From Phallusia mammillata (taxonomy: Eukaryota): a DNA stretch of 64,000 bases. Position 1 is the first letter of the stretch; every line of letters starts with the position of its first letter. The notes beneath the pieces are model-generated. The model made no database searches and was not told the DNA's origin. It was given only the letters and a program-made list of their open reading frames with translations. Shown here piece by piece: positions 1 to 14,800 of this stretch. The translations under genes and the position numbers were made by a program. The stretch lies in assembly GCA_965637545.1 (NCBI GenBank), contig OZ281494.1:32364001-32428000 (forward strand), in the 5' to 3' direction.

Positions 1-3000
1 CGGTTGCTCGTTTTTTCTTTCTCTTGACTCGGTTTGGCCTATACACCAACATGCATTGCGTTCGCTGGTACCTTGTAGTCGTCTACCTCCCAAATCCAAT
101 CTTATTACAGACCACAACGATAGCACTAGACCTAGGTATGCGTTTAAGCATATGAGTCATAAAATGATTAGAAATTAAACGTTACACCAACCAAGTATTT
201 TGCGTTAACTTTTGCAAATATTTTTCTTGACATAAACAATTTTTCCTTTGTGCCTATTTTATAGCCAAGAGTTAATACGTGGTAAAATGCCTCAAGAGAC
301 GTTGCCTAGGTTACCCTCGAATACTACCTAAATACTACTATCTAAATACCAAAGGTAAAGTTCGAAAAAAATTGACCACACTTTGTCGCAAGACGCTATG
401 TTTAGACTAATTTCCATTTAGCAGTCGCTTTTCTGTATTTGTACAGTCATAATAATACGACAATTCTTCGTAGTTATTGCTCCAAAATCGACAATAAAAA
501 TCGAACAGTCCATTTTCTTCAACTTCAAAACTATGACAAAAGAACATATTACAAGGATAAGAAAAAAAGTTCAACAAATAAATGAATAAACTGATAGAGA
601 GTTTGTATGTACCGAAAATAATGTGTTACAGACTCTTCAAAAACCGATGTCCCAAACTTTTACTTGAGCAATACGACATAGACACAGTTGAACTAGAAAC
701 GTATGCTTACTACAAAAACTCTCTTATGACAAGGAACTATATTTCTGCAGTGCCTTAATCAACATATACCGCACACAAGGCCAGTCTAAGGCCCTCGGCA
801 TGGGAATTGCGCCTCCGCTTCGTTTCCGAACCAACGACAATTTCGTCTTGAATTTCACTTTCTTGCGCGCCCGCCATATGCGAAATACGCGGCACCGGCA
901 GAAAATTTAATTATTTATTAATTAAACGCTCCCCCCGCCCTCCTTCATGTAATTCCCGAGCCGACGCGGGTTACTGTGTCACGTGACGATAGCGCGCGTT
1001 CACTTGTGACGTCAGGATTACGTGAAAAATGGATTGGAAAACAAACAATTATGAAAAAATCGTAATTTGGATCATTTTTTGGTGTTTCTGAGAACCTCAT
1101 TCAACGGAGGTGCTGTTTAGAAAAAAAATGAAGGAAGCAAATAGCATAAAAACACATTGGTGTATTTCAATATGTCGTATGTGCTCTGTCTACATGTAGC
1201 CTGTGTGGTTCAATTCCAACCCACTGAAATTCACCAACACTTGAAAGGACTTTTTTGGAAGACTTGAACCCAACTTAAGTATCACAAGAATTATATTTAT
1301 TCCAACGGCTGTTTTTGTGCAATTAAACAACACTTGAAATTTAATTTAGTTTGTCTTGAAGAATTGTGAAGATGTAAAACTTTCAGGTCATTATTTTAGT
1401 TGAAATTTGACAATAGCACAATAGTACGACCTAATTCCAAGAAATAAAAAAAAACATTCAAATATATACACAAAGAAAACGATCTATATGGGTGAAAACA
1501 GTGTATTTTGAGGCCTGATCTGTTTTTGTTTGTTTTTTCGCGCAAAATACACATAATTATTATTTTTCTTCCGATAAAATCATGTAGCAAAATAACCTAA
1601 AAAGTATAAAGTTATTGTTATGAACGCGAAATCAGCAATATCTAACAAAACTGGATCAAAACACCCAAAATCGTTGGGCTAAAAATTAGATTTTACTTTC
1701 ACACGGACCGAATTCGGTTCGCGTGGAGTGTCGGGCGAAGCGTTGTGAAGTTACGATATTCATAACGCGTGGTCGCAAGACAGGATCGATATTAGAAAGA
1801 CTAATTAGTGGTGAAAGGTTGAATTAATAACATAGGAGGTGACAGCAAGCTCATGTTGGGGTTTGGTTGTTTAAGTCTTTCAGCACTGGTCAGGCCTAAT
1901 GTGACTGAATTACTTGAAATTGATGGAAGGTTTCGACATGCCTAGGTCGGAAAAATTTATTAGTGTTACTGGGTTTCAACGGGGTGAATCATTCCTTAAT
2001 TGGGTTAAAGTTTTTTCAATATTTTCTGAAACGGTTTGACCGTGTCTAGAGCATTTTACATTTGAGGCTGATTTTGCTGTAAAATGTACAAATGTTTAGG
2101 TAAAATTTTTGGGTGTTTTTTTTCACAGGGTCTGAACTAACTAATCTATTCTTGAAATTGGGTTGTAATTTTTCAATAATATTTTCGGAATACTTGACGA
2201 GGTCAAGTGCGGTTTACATTCCAGGTTGATTTTTGGGAAAAAGTGCATATTTTTTTAGTATTTGCTCGCAATTGGCTACAAAAGAAAAAGCATTAACACC
2301 CATAAGATTTTCTGAAACTTGGACTTTTTGACTGTCAACTTCAAAAAAAGCCCATTTTAATTCCACGTTTAGTGGCATTAATCGCCCAGATGCTTGTCAA
2401 AAAATATATCTAAAATCAAAAAAGCAGAACAATGCCTTTGGCAAAAACAAATATCGCCACAATAAAAACACGATCTCCGACGCCATATTGAATTTCATTA
2501 CAAGGCTAATTGACAAGCCAACGTGTCATCACGTGACCTTCACGTCACAAAGGCGGCTGTCAGAGATTATTTCGTCATAATGCTTGTTATTAATTCCAAC
2601 TAGTCCCGTCAAGTCGCTTGGTCGTTCGCGTTTGATGAGAAGTTGATTGTTTTATTACTTGCCACGCCGAATTGGGTACAAGGCCTTGCATCAAAATGCA
2701 TTCGACGGCCTGCTACTGCTTTTATTGAGGTATTTTAGGACCCAAAATCGGTTTTAGCATAATGCAAAGTTTATGTGGAAATTATGGGATTACAGTTAGG
2801 CCTTTGAAAGTTTTATCACAAGTGTATAAAGTACGACTATATTGCTGCAAATGTGGAACACACTTGGTGCTACAAAACCCGAAATATTAAGCCAGATTAT
2901 TGTAGCAATACATTTTTTCGCGGGTAATTGGCCATTTTTGGCGCCAAGCGAATCGTCAGCGGGGGTCGTTACAGCGATTACCAATTTCGTCACGGTCCAG

Positions 3001-6000
3001 TGCCTTCGAGCCTTATTGGTCCAATTTAGTTGCCATTAACAACGTCTTAAAAATGCGAAAATGATTTCATCAAGGCAATTTTCCCGGTAACTGCATCAGG
3101 GGATAAAGAGAAAGTGAGAGAATGAAAGAGAATAAGAGAGGACAACCCGTGAAGCAGTCACAGCTTGAAAGGAACGAACAATCACCGTGCTGTGATAACC
3201 GACCACGCACCACAAACGTTAGTTTCTCCCTGATCGAGGTTATAAGATAACGCAATTTGGACACACGAAATCGATATTTATGAGCAATTATATGCGACAA
3301 TTGTGACCGCGCTTTTTCGATATTGCTTATTATTGATGGCTGGATGTTATTTTATTGACAAATCTACAGGCAGTCGACCCCTTGCCCAGCGGGGCGCGCC
3401 TTTATTGAGATAACTGTCGAAATAGATTAAAGCGTCGAAGATTGGCGGGCCCTCCTCCCCCATCAGCCGCGCGAATGTCGCGTCATATTCTAGAATTCAA
3501 CTTGATTTAATCTGGCCGCGATTTCGATTCGCCGAAAACTACTTTAATAACCTTTCAAATCGAGTTGCTGCCTTTAGAATGGCTTCGTGCAGCAAAAAAC
3601 TTCACTCATTTTTTTCAGTACACGTTTCTCACCACGTGGTCTTATCCATGTTAACTCCAGTAGGTTTATCTCCACCTAACAATTACAATTTGTTTGTTAC
3701 TGAACACTGGACCATTACCATTTCAAATGCATTATGGCTTGTTTTTGAAAAGCATACATTAGGGTACTCAATTTATCTTCTACAAACTGTCTGTACTTCA
3801 CAACTACAGCAATAGTTTAAGTGCTAGCAATGTTTTTACTTATATTTGAAGTCCGCATCTACAAGCGAATTTAAAGGATGGTTTTGAAATGTTCTACCCA
3901 ATTTTCAAGGTTACATGAAGGTCACATCGACCGTTAGGTCCACGCCATTATGGGGCCTTCTTCCCGCTGTGTCAAAGCCATTAGCTGGAAGCAGACGTTG
4001 CTTAGCAATTTAGCTTAATCACGTTCTTATGAAGAGCGACCGGGTGCACATTTTTCCGCTAACAAGTTCCCGCGGAAATGAAAGACAGGCGTGAAATTCG
4101 AATTTTGCCTTCTGTTTATTTTTAACCGAGCGCCCTCAAAACGAAACAGCGGTCTTCACGAGCGAGCGAGAAAACATTGCTTAATGAGAAATCGTTCCGC
4201 AGAGGCGACAGAATTAACGCGAGAGATCCGATCAGCGATTAATTGCGATGCCCTGTCGGTGAGGATTGTTTGTTGTGGTGAATTAACCGCAGCGAACACA
4301 CCGCTCATCGGATGTGGTCTGCGTTTTGGGGAGGAGGCTAGCTTCGAGGAAACTGACCACGTGTTTTGAAGGTCACAGGGGTCGCGACCTTTGCACTGCA
4401 AGGAATTCCTTTGAATAATCTATGGGTTATGTTTCTGGTCAGGACTGTGGTCAAATTGCGTCTAAGAGTTTTTGCTAAATTCGTGTTTGGGGGGCGTTTT
4501 TATTTCGGTTTAAAAACGAAACTATTTAAGAAAGCACTCTTAATATTTGTGCGTCCAAAGATTTTTTTATATGAGTCAAAATTTTTTTCACACAGTTTAG
4601 GGGACAAATCTCCTTGCAACGGTCTGCGCATGCGGACAAGCAGTCACAAGATCCATTTTTTACCCGCAAAATCACTCGAAAATTTAGTACTGAAAGTTGA
4701 AAAGTTCAACCAGAGTACGACAAAAATCTAAAATTAAGGACGAAACGAGGTTCTTTGAACTTGCGACATGCGGTTTTGGGGGGGTATCACCTCCACGTCG
4801 CGTGATTAATTGTAGCTGTAGGAAGCTGCAGCAAGGTGTGATTTCTATGTTTTGTGTGACGGTAATTGCTGATTCGTTGTTTCAATTAAAGCTGATCACG
4901 TGAAGTTGCCCGGAACCTTAAGATGTAACAAGGAATTATATTTTCATTTTTAAGGTCGCGGGGTAAATTACGGAAAAAATTACGCAAAATATCGCAAATT
5001 TTCGTATCGGAGATTATGAAACAAACCGAAAGATTTTGAGGGCAATGCGATGAATTACTTTTGGGCAAATTTTGTTTGTAATTTTAACGCTTTTACCTTC
5101 TTAAATCAAGTCGAAAGAGGTATTTTCGTCACAGAAACTTCTGTTGTGCAAAAAAAAAACGTCGGTATAACATACTTTGGACAAATAAAATACGCTGTCT
5201 TGTCACCAGCTACACTGATGAGACCTCATAAAGTAGATCGAAACAGTGTGCAATATCTGCAGCTGAATTATCGTATAATGGCTCCATATGTTTACGTTGC
5301 TAACATAATAAATGAGAGAAAAAACAGCGTTAAAGTCTTTGCAAGAAATTGGATCAGCTTAAAACATGTAATTGTCACACGGAACCCAACTTAGCTGATC
5401 GGAGGTTATTTCAACAAACTTGCAAATTTTAGGGAAAACCGGCTTTAAGGTTGCTTTGAACTTGTTCCAATCCGGCTGAACCAATATCCGTTTGACAGCA
5501 GATTAATGATGGCAAAATGTTGCGAGGGCCCGCAATTATCGCACAAATTCCTCCGTCGTTTTTCCCGGACGTTGGCAGATACGGTCGAAAAACATTTGAC
5601 TACAGCGGCTAAATTGGGCTATAGCGGGCAATCAGAAGGCAGTGAAACATTTTTAACACCTCGCCAACGGGTAATTAAACTGCTCAACCTTGGTATCACA
5701 ACGCCTCGGCTAATTGGCTTTCGCTCTGAGCGGCTTAGGAGCAGCGGTTTTCTATTTTCGGACACGCCGATAATTAAAACGACGGCCCAGCGTTTGGTTT
5801 CACACCGCTTCGCGACACCGTAGTGCGTGGATGTGCTTAACCGGTGTGAATTGCACTTAATGGTCTGAAATCCATTCAGGATCGTTAATGGCACCTTTGT
5901 TTAGCGCTAATTAAGTCTCTGGACTCTGCAAACGACCGGAGATAGATTACAGGAACTCTGGCGGAAATCGGGGGTGCAAAAGTACCCCTAAACGGTTTAA

Positions 6001-7355
6001 AAGCGTTTTTTCTTTCTACTTGCTGCCAAGAAATGTGTTTCTAACACACTAAAGTACAAATTCATACTTTTCGCTTGTTTTGTAAATAGTTTTAATAACT
6101 GTTTAAAATTTAGACGGTTAACTTGGTCATTAAATGCATTTGTCAGTGTTCAAAATAACAAACCTTTAAAAAACTTCATAAGCAAGCCAAAATGGATTTC
6201 TTATTTTCTTATGGGTCCATTGGCGCGCCTTAACCGCATGTAACAAATAAAATCGTTTTATACCCCAGAAAAGTTAACACATGACTTTGTAGATTGGATT
6301 TAATGAGGGGTCAAACAAAGGTGACAGCACCTGGATCGTTTGTGACGTCACATAGCGCATTATTGCACGTGAAGAGGACAATTAACTCTTAAGGCTTGAA
6401 ATAAATCAAAAACAAAATGGGCGATAGCAAGGTCGAAGTTTTCAATGGTTTGCGGCCTTCCAAAATCGGTGACATGCAATTAATGTCAAAAACAAACTTA
6501 GCCCGTAGAGATAATGGCAGTTTAATACAACACTTTTGTGACTCGTTTAATTTAATATAAAACTTAAAAACAGTAAAACTCATACAAGGCTTTTTATTTT
6601 CCAAATGATCTATTATGAAAATTTAGCTACAGAAAAAAGTTCTATAATTCGAAAACACGCATTTTTGGTGTTTAATGAATTAAGCGTATAACCTTTATGA
6701 CGTCATGAATACCATCGTTCGAGATTACCGCCACAATGCGCGTAGCGCGAAACCTAATGCGGTGTTCAAAAATCGGCTATTTTCCTTAAAACTGATGCAT
6801 TATTTGAACACGCTCAACCTATTACATACACCACTTTACAAAACACAAACGGCAAGCCATCATGGGGAAAAATAGGACTGTTTGGATTAGTGGTTTAGTG
6901 CCCTTATAGAGGAACTTTGTTGTGTATTGGAACTTGCCTTATTTGCAAACACAAGGGGGTCTTAATCTTCCTAGTGAATGCAATTGCTTTGAAGTTTGAA
7001 AACACAGGAGATAAGACGATTATATTTAAAGACGCATAGTTGACAAAAATAGGCTAATCTTGTCAACATAATGGGGGAATTGGTTTTAACTGGGTTTTAC
7101 AGATAAGAAAAAGGGGGCATTTTGTTAATTGGGGTTTCAAACTAATAGTGGATGCTCATTTGGGCACTTTGCGAACGTTTGGCAAGAAAATTCCGACCCT
7201 TTGAACAAAGGAAAAGAGCTCCTATTGTGACGTGACAAAGCAAGTCGTCCATGCGCGACAGAGATAAATAAATTTGCTCTAATTATTGTGACGAAACAAT
7301 CGTAGCACCTGGTAACAATGGAAAAGCGAAAATTGGGCGAATTTTTGGTATAGAC

Positions 7356-7960
7356 CAGGGCTACTCAAATGGCGGACCGCGGTCCATATCCGGACCTTTG
7401 AGGCGTTGGATGTGGACCTCGACGGTGTTTTGATTACGGCTACATACACACTATTATTTGTGTGTTAATTACTTGATCATTGCTATGTATCGACAGTTTT
7501 TAAACTGGGGCCCGCATAACGATTGTTAGGGGCTGCGAGAAGCCTAAATCTTTGCAAAATCTTATGTGAGGTCAGTTTTTTCAACTGTGAAGAAAAAATA
7601 GTCCGTTATTCCATTACACAATTAACAAAATGGCGATTGTTTGCGCACAATTATATCTGCGATGTAATAAACTGAATTGTGATTCATTACCGTACAAAGC
7701 AATCCTGCAAATCCAGATAAAAGTAATCTGAATGTCGTTGTGCCAAGGTACTCTCACAAGCAGTAAATTCGCGTTTATTGCCTAATTTAAGCTTTTGTTT
7801 TTCTGACATAAACATTCTGCTTGAACAAAAGTGTTCATCTTGCACCGCGATTCTACGCCAAAACAGGCTGTGTTGCATATACATTACTGACGGAAGTGTC
7901 CGGACCCTCGATAATCTTTACCCTTTCTATCTGGTTGACAAAACTGATTGAGTAGCCCTG
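7356..7960. mobile_element. Non-autonomous hAT (Charlie/Buster-like) DNA transposon, 605 bp
   Basis: Perfect 13-bp TIR CAGGGCTACTCAA...TTGAGTAGCCCTG. Perfect 8-bp TSD GTATAGAC at 7348-7355 and 7961-7968. No transposase ORF. Confidence 0.92.
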
Positions 7961-8795
7961 GTATAGACGTTTGCTGTTTTTACCAGAAACCTACTTTTAA
8001 ACCTTAAGAGGTGTGACAATTTGCAGTTTCATACCTGTTACGTAATAATAAATCGCCCTTGGGCAAAATCTTTTGCTGCGTGAAAGTTTTTTTTTTGCTT
8101 TTCCTGCGGGGGCGCAAAACGTGAAATGATACGTGAGAAGACAGATACAAAATTTCAAGGCTGGCGCAATAATTTTCGATTGAAATACCCAGAAAAGGTT
8201 TCGATGTGTCTTTTTCTGCGGGTAACGTTTTGGGATAGGCGTATGCTTTCATACCCAAAAATGTCGATTAGACCCAAAACGTGCAAATGACATCAGATCA
8301 ATACCTACTGAATGCCTAAAAACACACTAAAAATTTCCCATTTACACACTAAAAGAAATCATTAGGTCATTATTGTGGGGAAACGTGAAAATACGTACGA
8401 ACCGTTGTGAACTTTATGAATATTCGGTCTCGAATAACTGAAGCGAGTCAAATTATCGAGTAATTGCCCCTGTTTTGGGCGGCTTTGTGACTCACAAAAG
8501 AAACAAACAAAAGTCTTGGTGACGTCACAATATGACGCATCTAATTACGCGGGAAGCATTATGAGGAGATTCAATAAATACAAGACTGTTGTAATAATTG
8601 GGTACAAAGTCATAAGTAGATAAACTTGATACTATTTTTCTTTCAGTAAAAAGATATTTAAATCTTTTTTGTTATGGTACCTTGAGACAGAAATTAGTTC
8701 AATTAGTCGGTTTGCAATACAAACATAAACAGAGGCGATTAGAAAGGAGGAAATTGGAGCAGGATAAACAAACAGCCCAAAACGGGGGGAAACGG

Positions 8796-8870
8796 TGGCA
8801 CCTGTCATTGCCAGTCACCGTGACACCTGCCACTACCAGTTACCGTGGCACATGCCACTGCCACTTGGCA
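8796..8870 (+). repeat. Degenerate 25-bp tandem repeat x3
   Basis: TGGCACCTGTCATTGCCAGTCACCG / TGACACCTGCCACTACCAGTTACCG / TGGCACATGCCACTGCCACTTGGCA. Confidence 0.75.
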
Positions 8871-11800
8871 CAAACTTGGAGTAAACAAGAATTGAGCTTG
8901 GTGGTAAGCGGAGAGACAAAGCTCAAGCGGAATTCGGAATAAACAAGAATTAAGACAATGATCCCCCCGAGCGGTATAAGCCGATTATCGCGCTGCATTG
9001 ATTGGCAATTCCAGAACTTGCGACAATTGGCTGCGACGAATTAATCTCAACTGTGGATTTAAGGCAAATTCGTGAAGCGCAGTTTGGCAAACATAACGGT
9101 TTAAGACAACTCATTGCGCAGGAGTTTCTGTAGCCATTCGCGCGTACGGTTTCGAAGTTTGTTTTTAGTTAGTATGTTTACAATAGGCAATACGCGGTAA
9201 CTGGAATAAAAATGATTCCACAATCCCATACTATTTATTTATTCGTTCACTACTAGTACAAACTTTCCATATATGACAATCTTTATACTTTTCTAAAGCA
9301 GTACAAACTTGTTCTGTAGTAACCTGCTTTAAGCGCAGAATTGTTCAAATAAACATTATGCTGCACTTAAATGTGCTTGGAAAGTTAACACGTTTTTAAA
9401 AGTAAGCTACCTTTTGTGATTTTCATTGCTGCCATGCGTTTATACAGAAGTACACAACTACGTCGGTAATTAGGATACTCGAAAAAAAACATAAAAAATG
9501 AGCAGCAGTCTATCGACAACACAATATAATCCGATGCAAAACAATTTCGGTAATTTTGAATGCCACTATTCATGCGGTACCACATAACTGTTGCGTAACT
9601 CTAAATATCCGGTGATCGAATTTCCCAGAATTTTACCAAATGCAGCGGCCAACAGACCTAACACATGTGTCCACAAATCGGGTTTTCGAACGAGTAACGT
9701 GCAGCCAACCGTGTCACAGGGTTAAAGGTTGTTTAAGTATACTTAAATGTCTACTGGGAGTTGTTGTTTAACATTTAATAACGTTTACAACAGGTTTTAA
9801 ATGGGCTTAGCTAAATGCTCAAGGGTTTTAAACGTTAATTGGAACATAAAAATTTCAAGTATAAGTAACTTTTCTCACATATAGAGTAGCAAATAATAAA
9901 CATGGAAATTTCCTACAACCTACTAGCTGTTTCTATACAACAGGGTAGTCTGGTTTACCGTGTATTGTTTCGTATGCCAACTTACAATTCTGAAGGCACC
10001 TGCTTTGAAATTGACCAAAGTGCAACGATTTGGTTACATCGATGGGACCAACTTAACTTGCGTTAATGAAGTTTGCATTATATTACTTAAGAAATATTTT
10101 CATCCCAAAACGACAGAATACAAGCTAAACCGTAGTAAACCTTTCGGGCAAACAACTAAACTGTACTCTCTGTAAAATGTAACAACACTAAATGTAGACA
10201 CCTAAATCTTCTCTCATTTTGTGCAAGCATATTTCACAACCTTAGCATTGACGCTGAAAACACCGTCTCGACATCGCTCTGCAGTCTCACGTTGTGGCCT
10301 AAACTCGTGTGTGGCGAAGTGAGAGAGGCGGGTAGGTACTTGGCAGTCACAACACAAACCCTGGGAAAAAATGCCTGACAGCGGATCGTTAACCCATCGA
10401 CACCGACTCGACATGAAGAATTTCGCGACCAAACCGGCGTTGAAACCCCGCCGTTACTCACTCAGCTGGGTGGAGCGCAATTAACGCACTTGGGAGAAAG
10501 GTAGAAAGGCACGCGGAAATCTTTCCAATGCGGTGTAAGAAAAATGTAAAACGAGACAAGCGCAAAGCTAACAGGGCACAGCGATGCTGTAGAATTTAAT
10601 TCGGCCATTCCGATGGAAAGTGACCGCATTTTTCGGTGGAAGAAATGATCGTAGAACAGACTTCAATTCGGAGGGAGGATCTTTTTGATAAAATCGCGAC
10701 TCTCGAACGTGATGAAGGATAATTGTCGCCACTTTGCGCTGTCACGGTGGAAAGGAAAGAAAAGATAAAAGGAGCGGTGCGACACGTTACATGCATCACA
10801 ACTCAAATTGGTCGAAGGGAAATGATTAGTGCATCCGTTTTTTTTTTTGCCGTTTATTTTCGCTCGACTTTTTCTGAAGATCAAATATAAAGTACAAAGC
10901 TTTTTGGGGGGTGTATACATTAACTGAGGTGAAAATTTTAAGCAAACTAAAATTGTAAACTTTAAAAAAGAATTGCCAAAGTTGGTTTCATTTAATAGGC
11001 AATTGTAACACTATGTCAAACTGTTTTAAAGGTTCATGCAAGGTTATTTTTAGCTGGGAACAAAATACACAATACATACGCGAAAAATTTTCACGCTTTC
11101 AGAGGTATTTCCTTGAAAAAGACGTCAATGTGTAAAAATACATTTAATAGGAGACCATATAGGATTTTCATTATGTCTGGAATCGATAATTTACCTACTT
11201 ATGACACACAACGGCCACACATGCCCAAAAGCTCTAAAAAATTTGTAGTTAGAATGGAAAAAAATAGCTAAAGTGTTACTTTATTACCAATACTTTCGAC
11301 ACAATGCAGTTTCTATGATGCAATAAAGAACAGCAAAGTCTTGTGACATTTTAACGCCGATGGTAATGAGTTGGAGAAAACCTGATACTTAAATTGGGAG
11401 CAACATAATTGGCCCAGGACCGCGCTCTTTTGCAAGACTGTTTGCAGCGGGCTGAGGGGAAGGTGATGGGGGGCGGCCCGCCGTGTGGTCACAACACACG
11501 TGACATTTTAAGGCGTGCGAATTTTTTGCCGGTTTCGGTGCAATTAGGCAAAGACGGTTGTCGACCTGCGTTGTAAAGGGACAAATATTTTGTTTTTATT
11601 TTTCGATGCAAATGAGTTATGCATTTTTTTGTCAAGTAATGCTTGTACATTTTTATATATTTTTCTTTTATCTGTACTGTTTGAAGTATGTGACTGATAA
11701 ATTCGCCAAATAATGAAGAGCAGTACGCGTTTACAGCCGTTATGTGAAGTCATCTTTGGCCAAAACCATTTTCAAATGTTACATAAAATACCGTAAGCAA

Positions 11801-14800
11801 AAAATATAGGAATAAAATCAACATTTAAATTTCAAAAACGAGTGTAATTCAATTCCGAAATTGATTAGTCGCACAAAAAGCCAAAGAGAAACACACACAG
11901 AGAATGTCATTGCCCTTGGCTAAGCGCCGGTGGTAAGTGTTTGCACAAACGGGTGATGAAATATATTGCGCAAAGAATTTAATTAAAAGTCTCGTTAATT
12001 AGGAAACGCCAATCACCAAGGGGTCGCCGCACACGCTGTCCCAAAATACACCTTAGTTAAATATTGTTAGCACGAAAGGTATATTGTCAGAATATATATT
12101 CAGGACACATATATGATTAAAATATATTTTTGTCTGTTTTAATCGCATGCACAACCCTGTAGGTTTAAGTGGTTATTATAACTAATTTTAAGTGGTGAAT
12201 CGTTGCGTCAAAGATTTTAAAGTACATATTCTTAGGATTACATCAAAACGCTACTTTACAAAATGTAACGTTGTGACACTGGCTTACAATTTAAAACGTA
12301 CATTCCTAATGCTAATAAACAGTCCAATATAGAAAGTAACGTTTTGCTGTTGATGGGGTCGGCATTTATAACGGGTTAAACCTCTTCGTTTAAGAGAAAA
12401 GACATTCTAAAATCTACACATGTTGAAGAAAACATATATTACGAGAGGCTCTCATTTGCGTTTAGCTGATATAACCACATATTTGCATTTTGTTTACACA
12501 ACTTGACCAAAAAACAATGCAACTAAAGTAACTTCATCAAGAACATAACTGCCTTGTAGAGCTTGTATGTACTGTAAAACAACGTAATGTAGATGTTTCG
12601 ACAATCTAAAACTGCAACCAAGCTTCTCTGTCTATAACTTTTACTAAACTTTACGCGCTATTATTACGCAACAAAGGTTTCCGAAACGCGATCGAAATTT
12701 TCTCAATCAACGCACCGAACTAACCTTCCAATTACAGCCAACTTTTTTCGCCGTCGTGCCACAATCACTGTTTGTTTGCCCAACAATCACAACTGTCTAT
12801 GACGTAACAACCGCTCAAGAGGGCATGATTCAAGTGGGGGGAGAGGGGTGATTAATTAAGGCCGGGAGACGAAATTAATTGCGCTTGGCGTTTGTTGTTT
12901 TTATGATCAGTATCAAAGTTAGATCTATATCACACTTCACGATCAATGTTTGCATGAAATTCGCTGCTCGGGTTGTGTTTGTAAAATGACACCGACACCA
13001 ATTAACGGCGGAGCTTTTCTTTCATCTTACTCTCAGGTGTTGCCTAATTTGCCTTTAGGCGGCACTGTTAAAGTAAGCGGAAGACAGAGGTTTCTTTTAC
13101 TTTGAGAGAAAATCTCGATTTCCGATTTAAATTCGAGCTAATGAAAGACTGATTTTGTTGATAGTGTTGGAATAGTTAACGAAAATCTGAAAACATTGTC
13201 TAGTTTTGGAATCGGTTGACTGTTGGTTGAACAACTGCATTTACTTAAGTTAAAATTTAATTTTTATTCCGCAAATCAAAATTTAATTTTTAAAACTTTT
13301 GAAAACAACAAAATTTAGGCTGCAGTCTAAATTCACATCCAAGATATTTTTTATAGCAAAACAAAGTTTTTAACAAAACAATAGAAATGCAATTTTGCAA
13401 AAAAAATGATTAACCAATCTTTCACAAATTAATTCAAGTCCAAGTGCTTGCCACTTGATGTCACTAAAGAGTTAAACAATGTAAGTACAGTTAAAGGGAT
13501 TACGTCATAGAGAATAAATCAGTATTCTCGAATATGGCAGATAAGGGTTTGTTTTCTATGCACAAAAAGACCTGCTTTTCCAACAACAGATTTTAAGTGC
13601 CGAAGCACACAGTTTTACATTGTACAAAGTTAGCGTAAAAAGATAAAAAATGCCATTTAATTAGACATTGGCGGCAAAGGAACAAAACTAGACTGTTGTT
13701 TTTTGGCTTTTTGTACGATGTTTATATGTTACCTGTCTGCTAGCTTAGGAAAGCCAAAGCATAACAATACCACAAATGCGCGTAACACCTTCACAGTCAT
13801 AATTCAAATGGAAGTACAGTTCTTTTTGTACTTTACATTAGTTATACTAAGACGACATGCACGCGACTCTAACAGTGTTTAAACCACATAATTTGAGTTT
13901 TAACCTAAAGGATATTAACATTTTTTTCAAAAAGACATATCAAATAGAAATAACAAATCATTTTTTGATGGATTAGGTAAGGTAAAGATTGAAAAGCGCT
14001 GGGTTCTATGTAGACCCGTATATGTTGATATTTCCGACTATACGTTACGCATAAAGCAAGTTGCTGGAACAATTACTACATTCCAGAACATAACAATCGA
14101 ACAATGCAAACGTTCGAATTCGTTCCCACCAAGCCAATATGTAGTTGTTTCACAACAGTCAAACTCAGCAGTTATTGCATTGTGACCGAATAATGGTTCG
14201 CGCGAATATCGTGGGAACACCCATCAAAACCGCGTTTTCGGGCCAATTAACGCGCAGGCATTTGCCGCGGTTGGGCCGCAAACGCGGGAGCTAATTTAAT
14301 TTCAGTGCCAACGGAGAAAACGCTGCCTCCCGCGGGACGCGTTCGAATTTCTTTGTTATATTTCCATTTTGCGTGCACCTTATCGCGTATTAGGCTTATG
14401 ACAGGCACAGTCCACAGGGAAATGTCATTAAAATTACCAATAACGAATCGCTTGGCCTTGCTGTTTGCGAGAAAAGGAAACGTCTGCTGGCAAATAATGA
14501 AATAAGCCTTCCAGCAAGCGACTGAGATTTTCCTAATTTCGGGACTGCTTGTCGTTCATTTAAATCCCTTATTTTGCTAATATTGGAAGTTGTTGATGTT
14601 AATGGACTACTTGTGCCATTTGCAGTACGGAATTGGCAACTTACAAAAACAATTTTATCAAAATAATTAAATTATTGAAATTTACCTAATTTATATTGAA
14701 ACGCATTTTTTTACTTCATGGTCTTGTTGCAAACAATTTCTGCACTTGATTTAGCAATTTATACCAAAAAGTTACACTAAATCCTTAAATACCATCATAT

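Noticed and set aside
10506-10516. AAGGCACGCGG resembling miR-124
   Set aside because: The 3' half diverges and there is no complementary arm.
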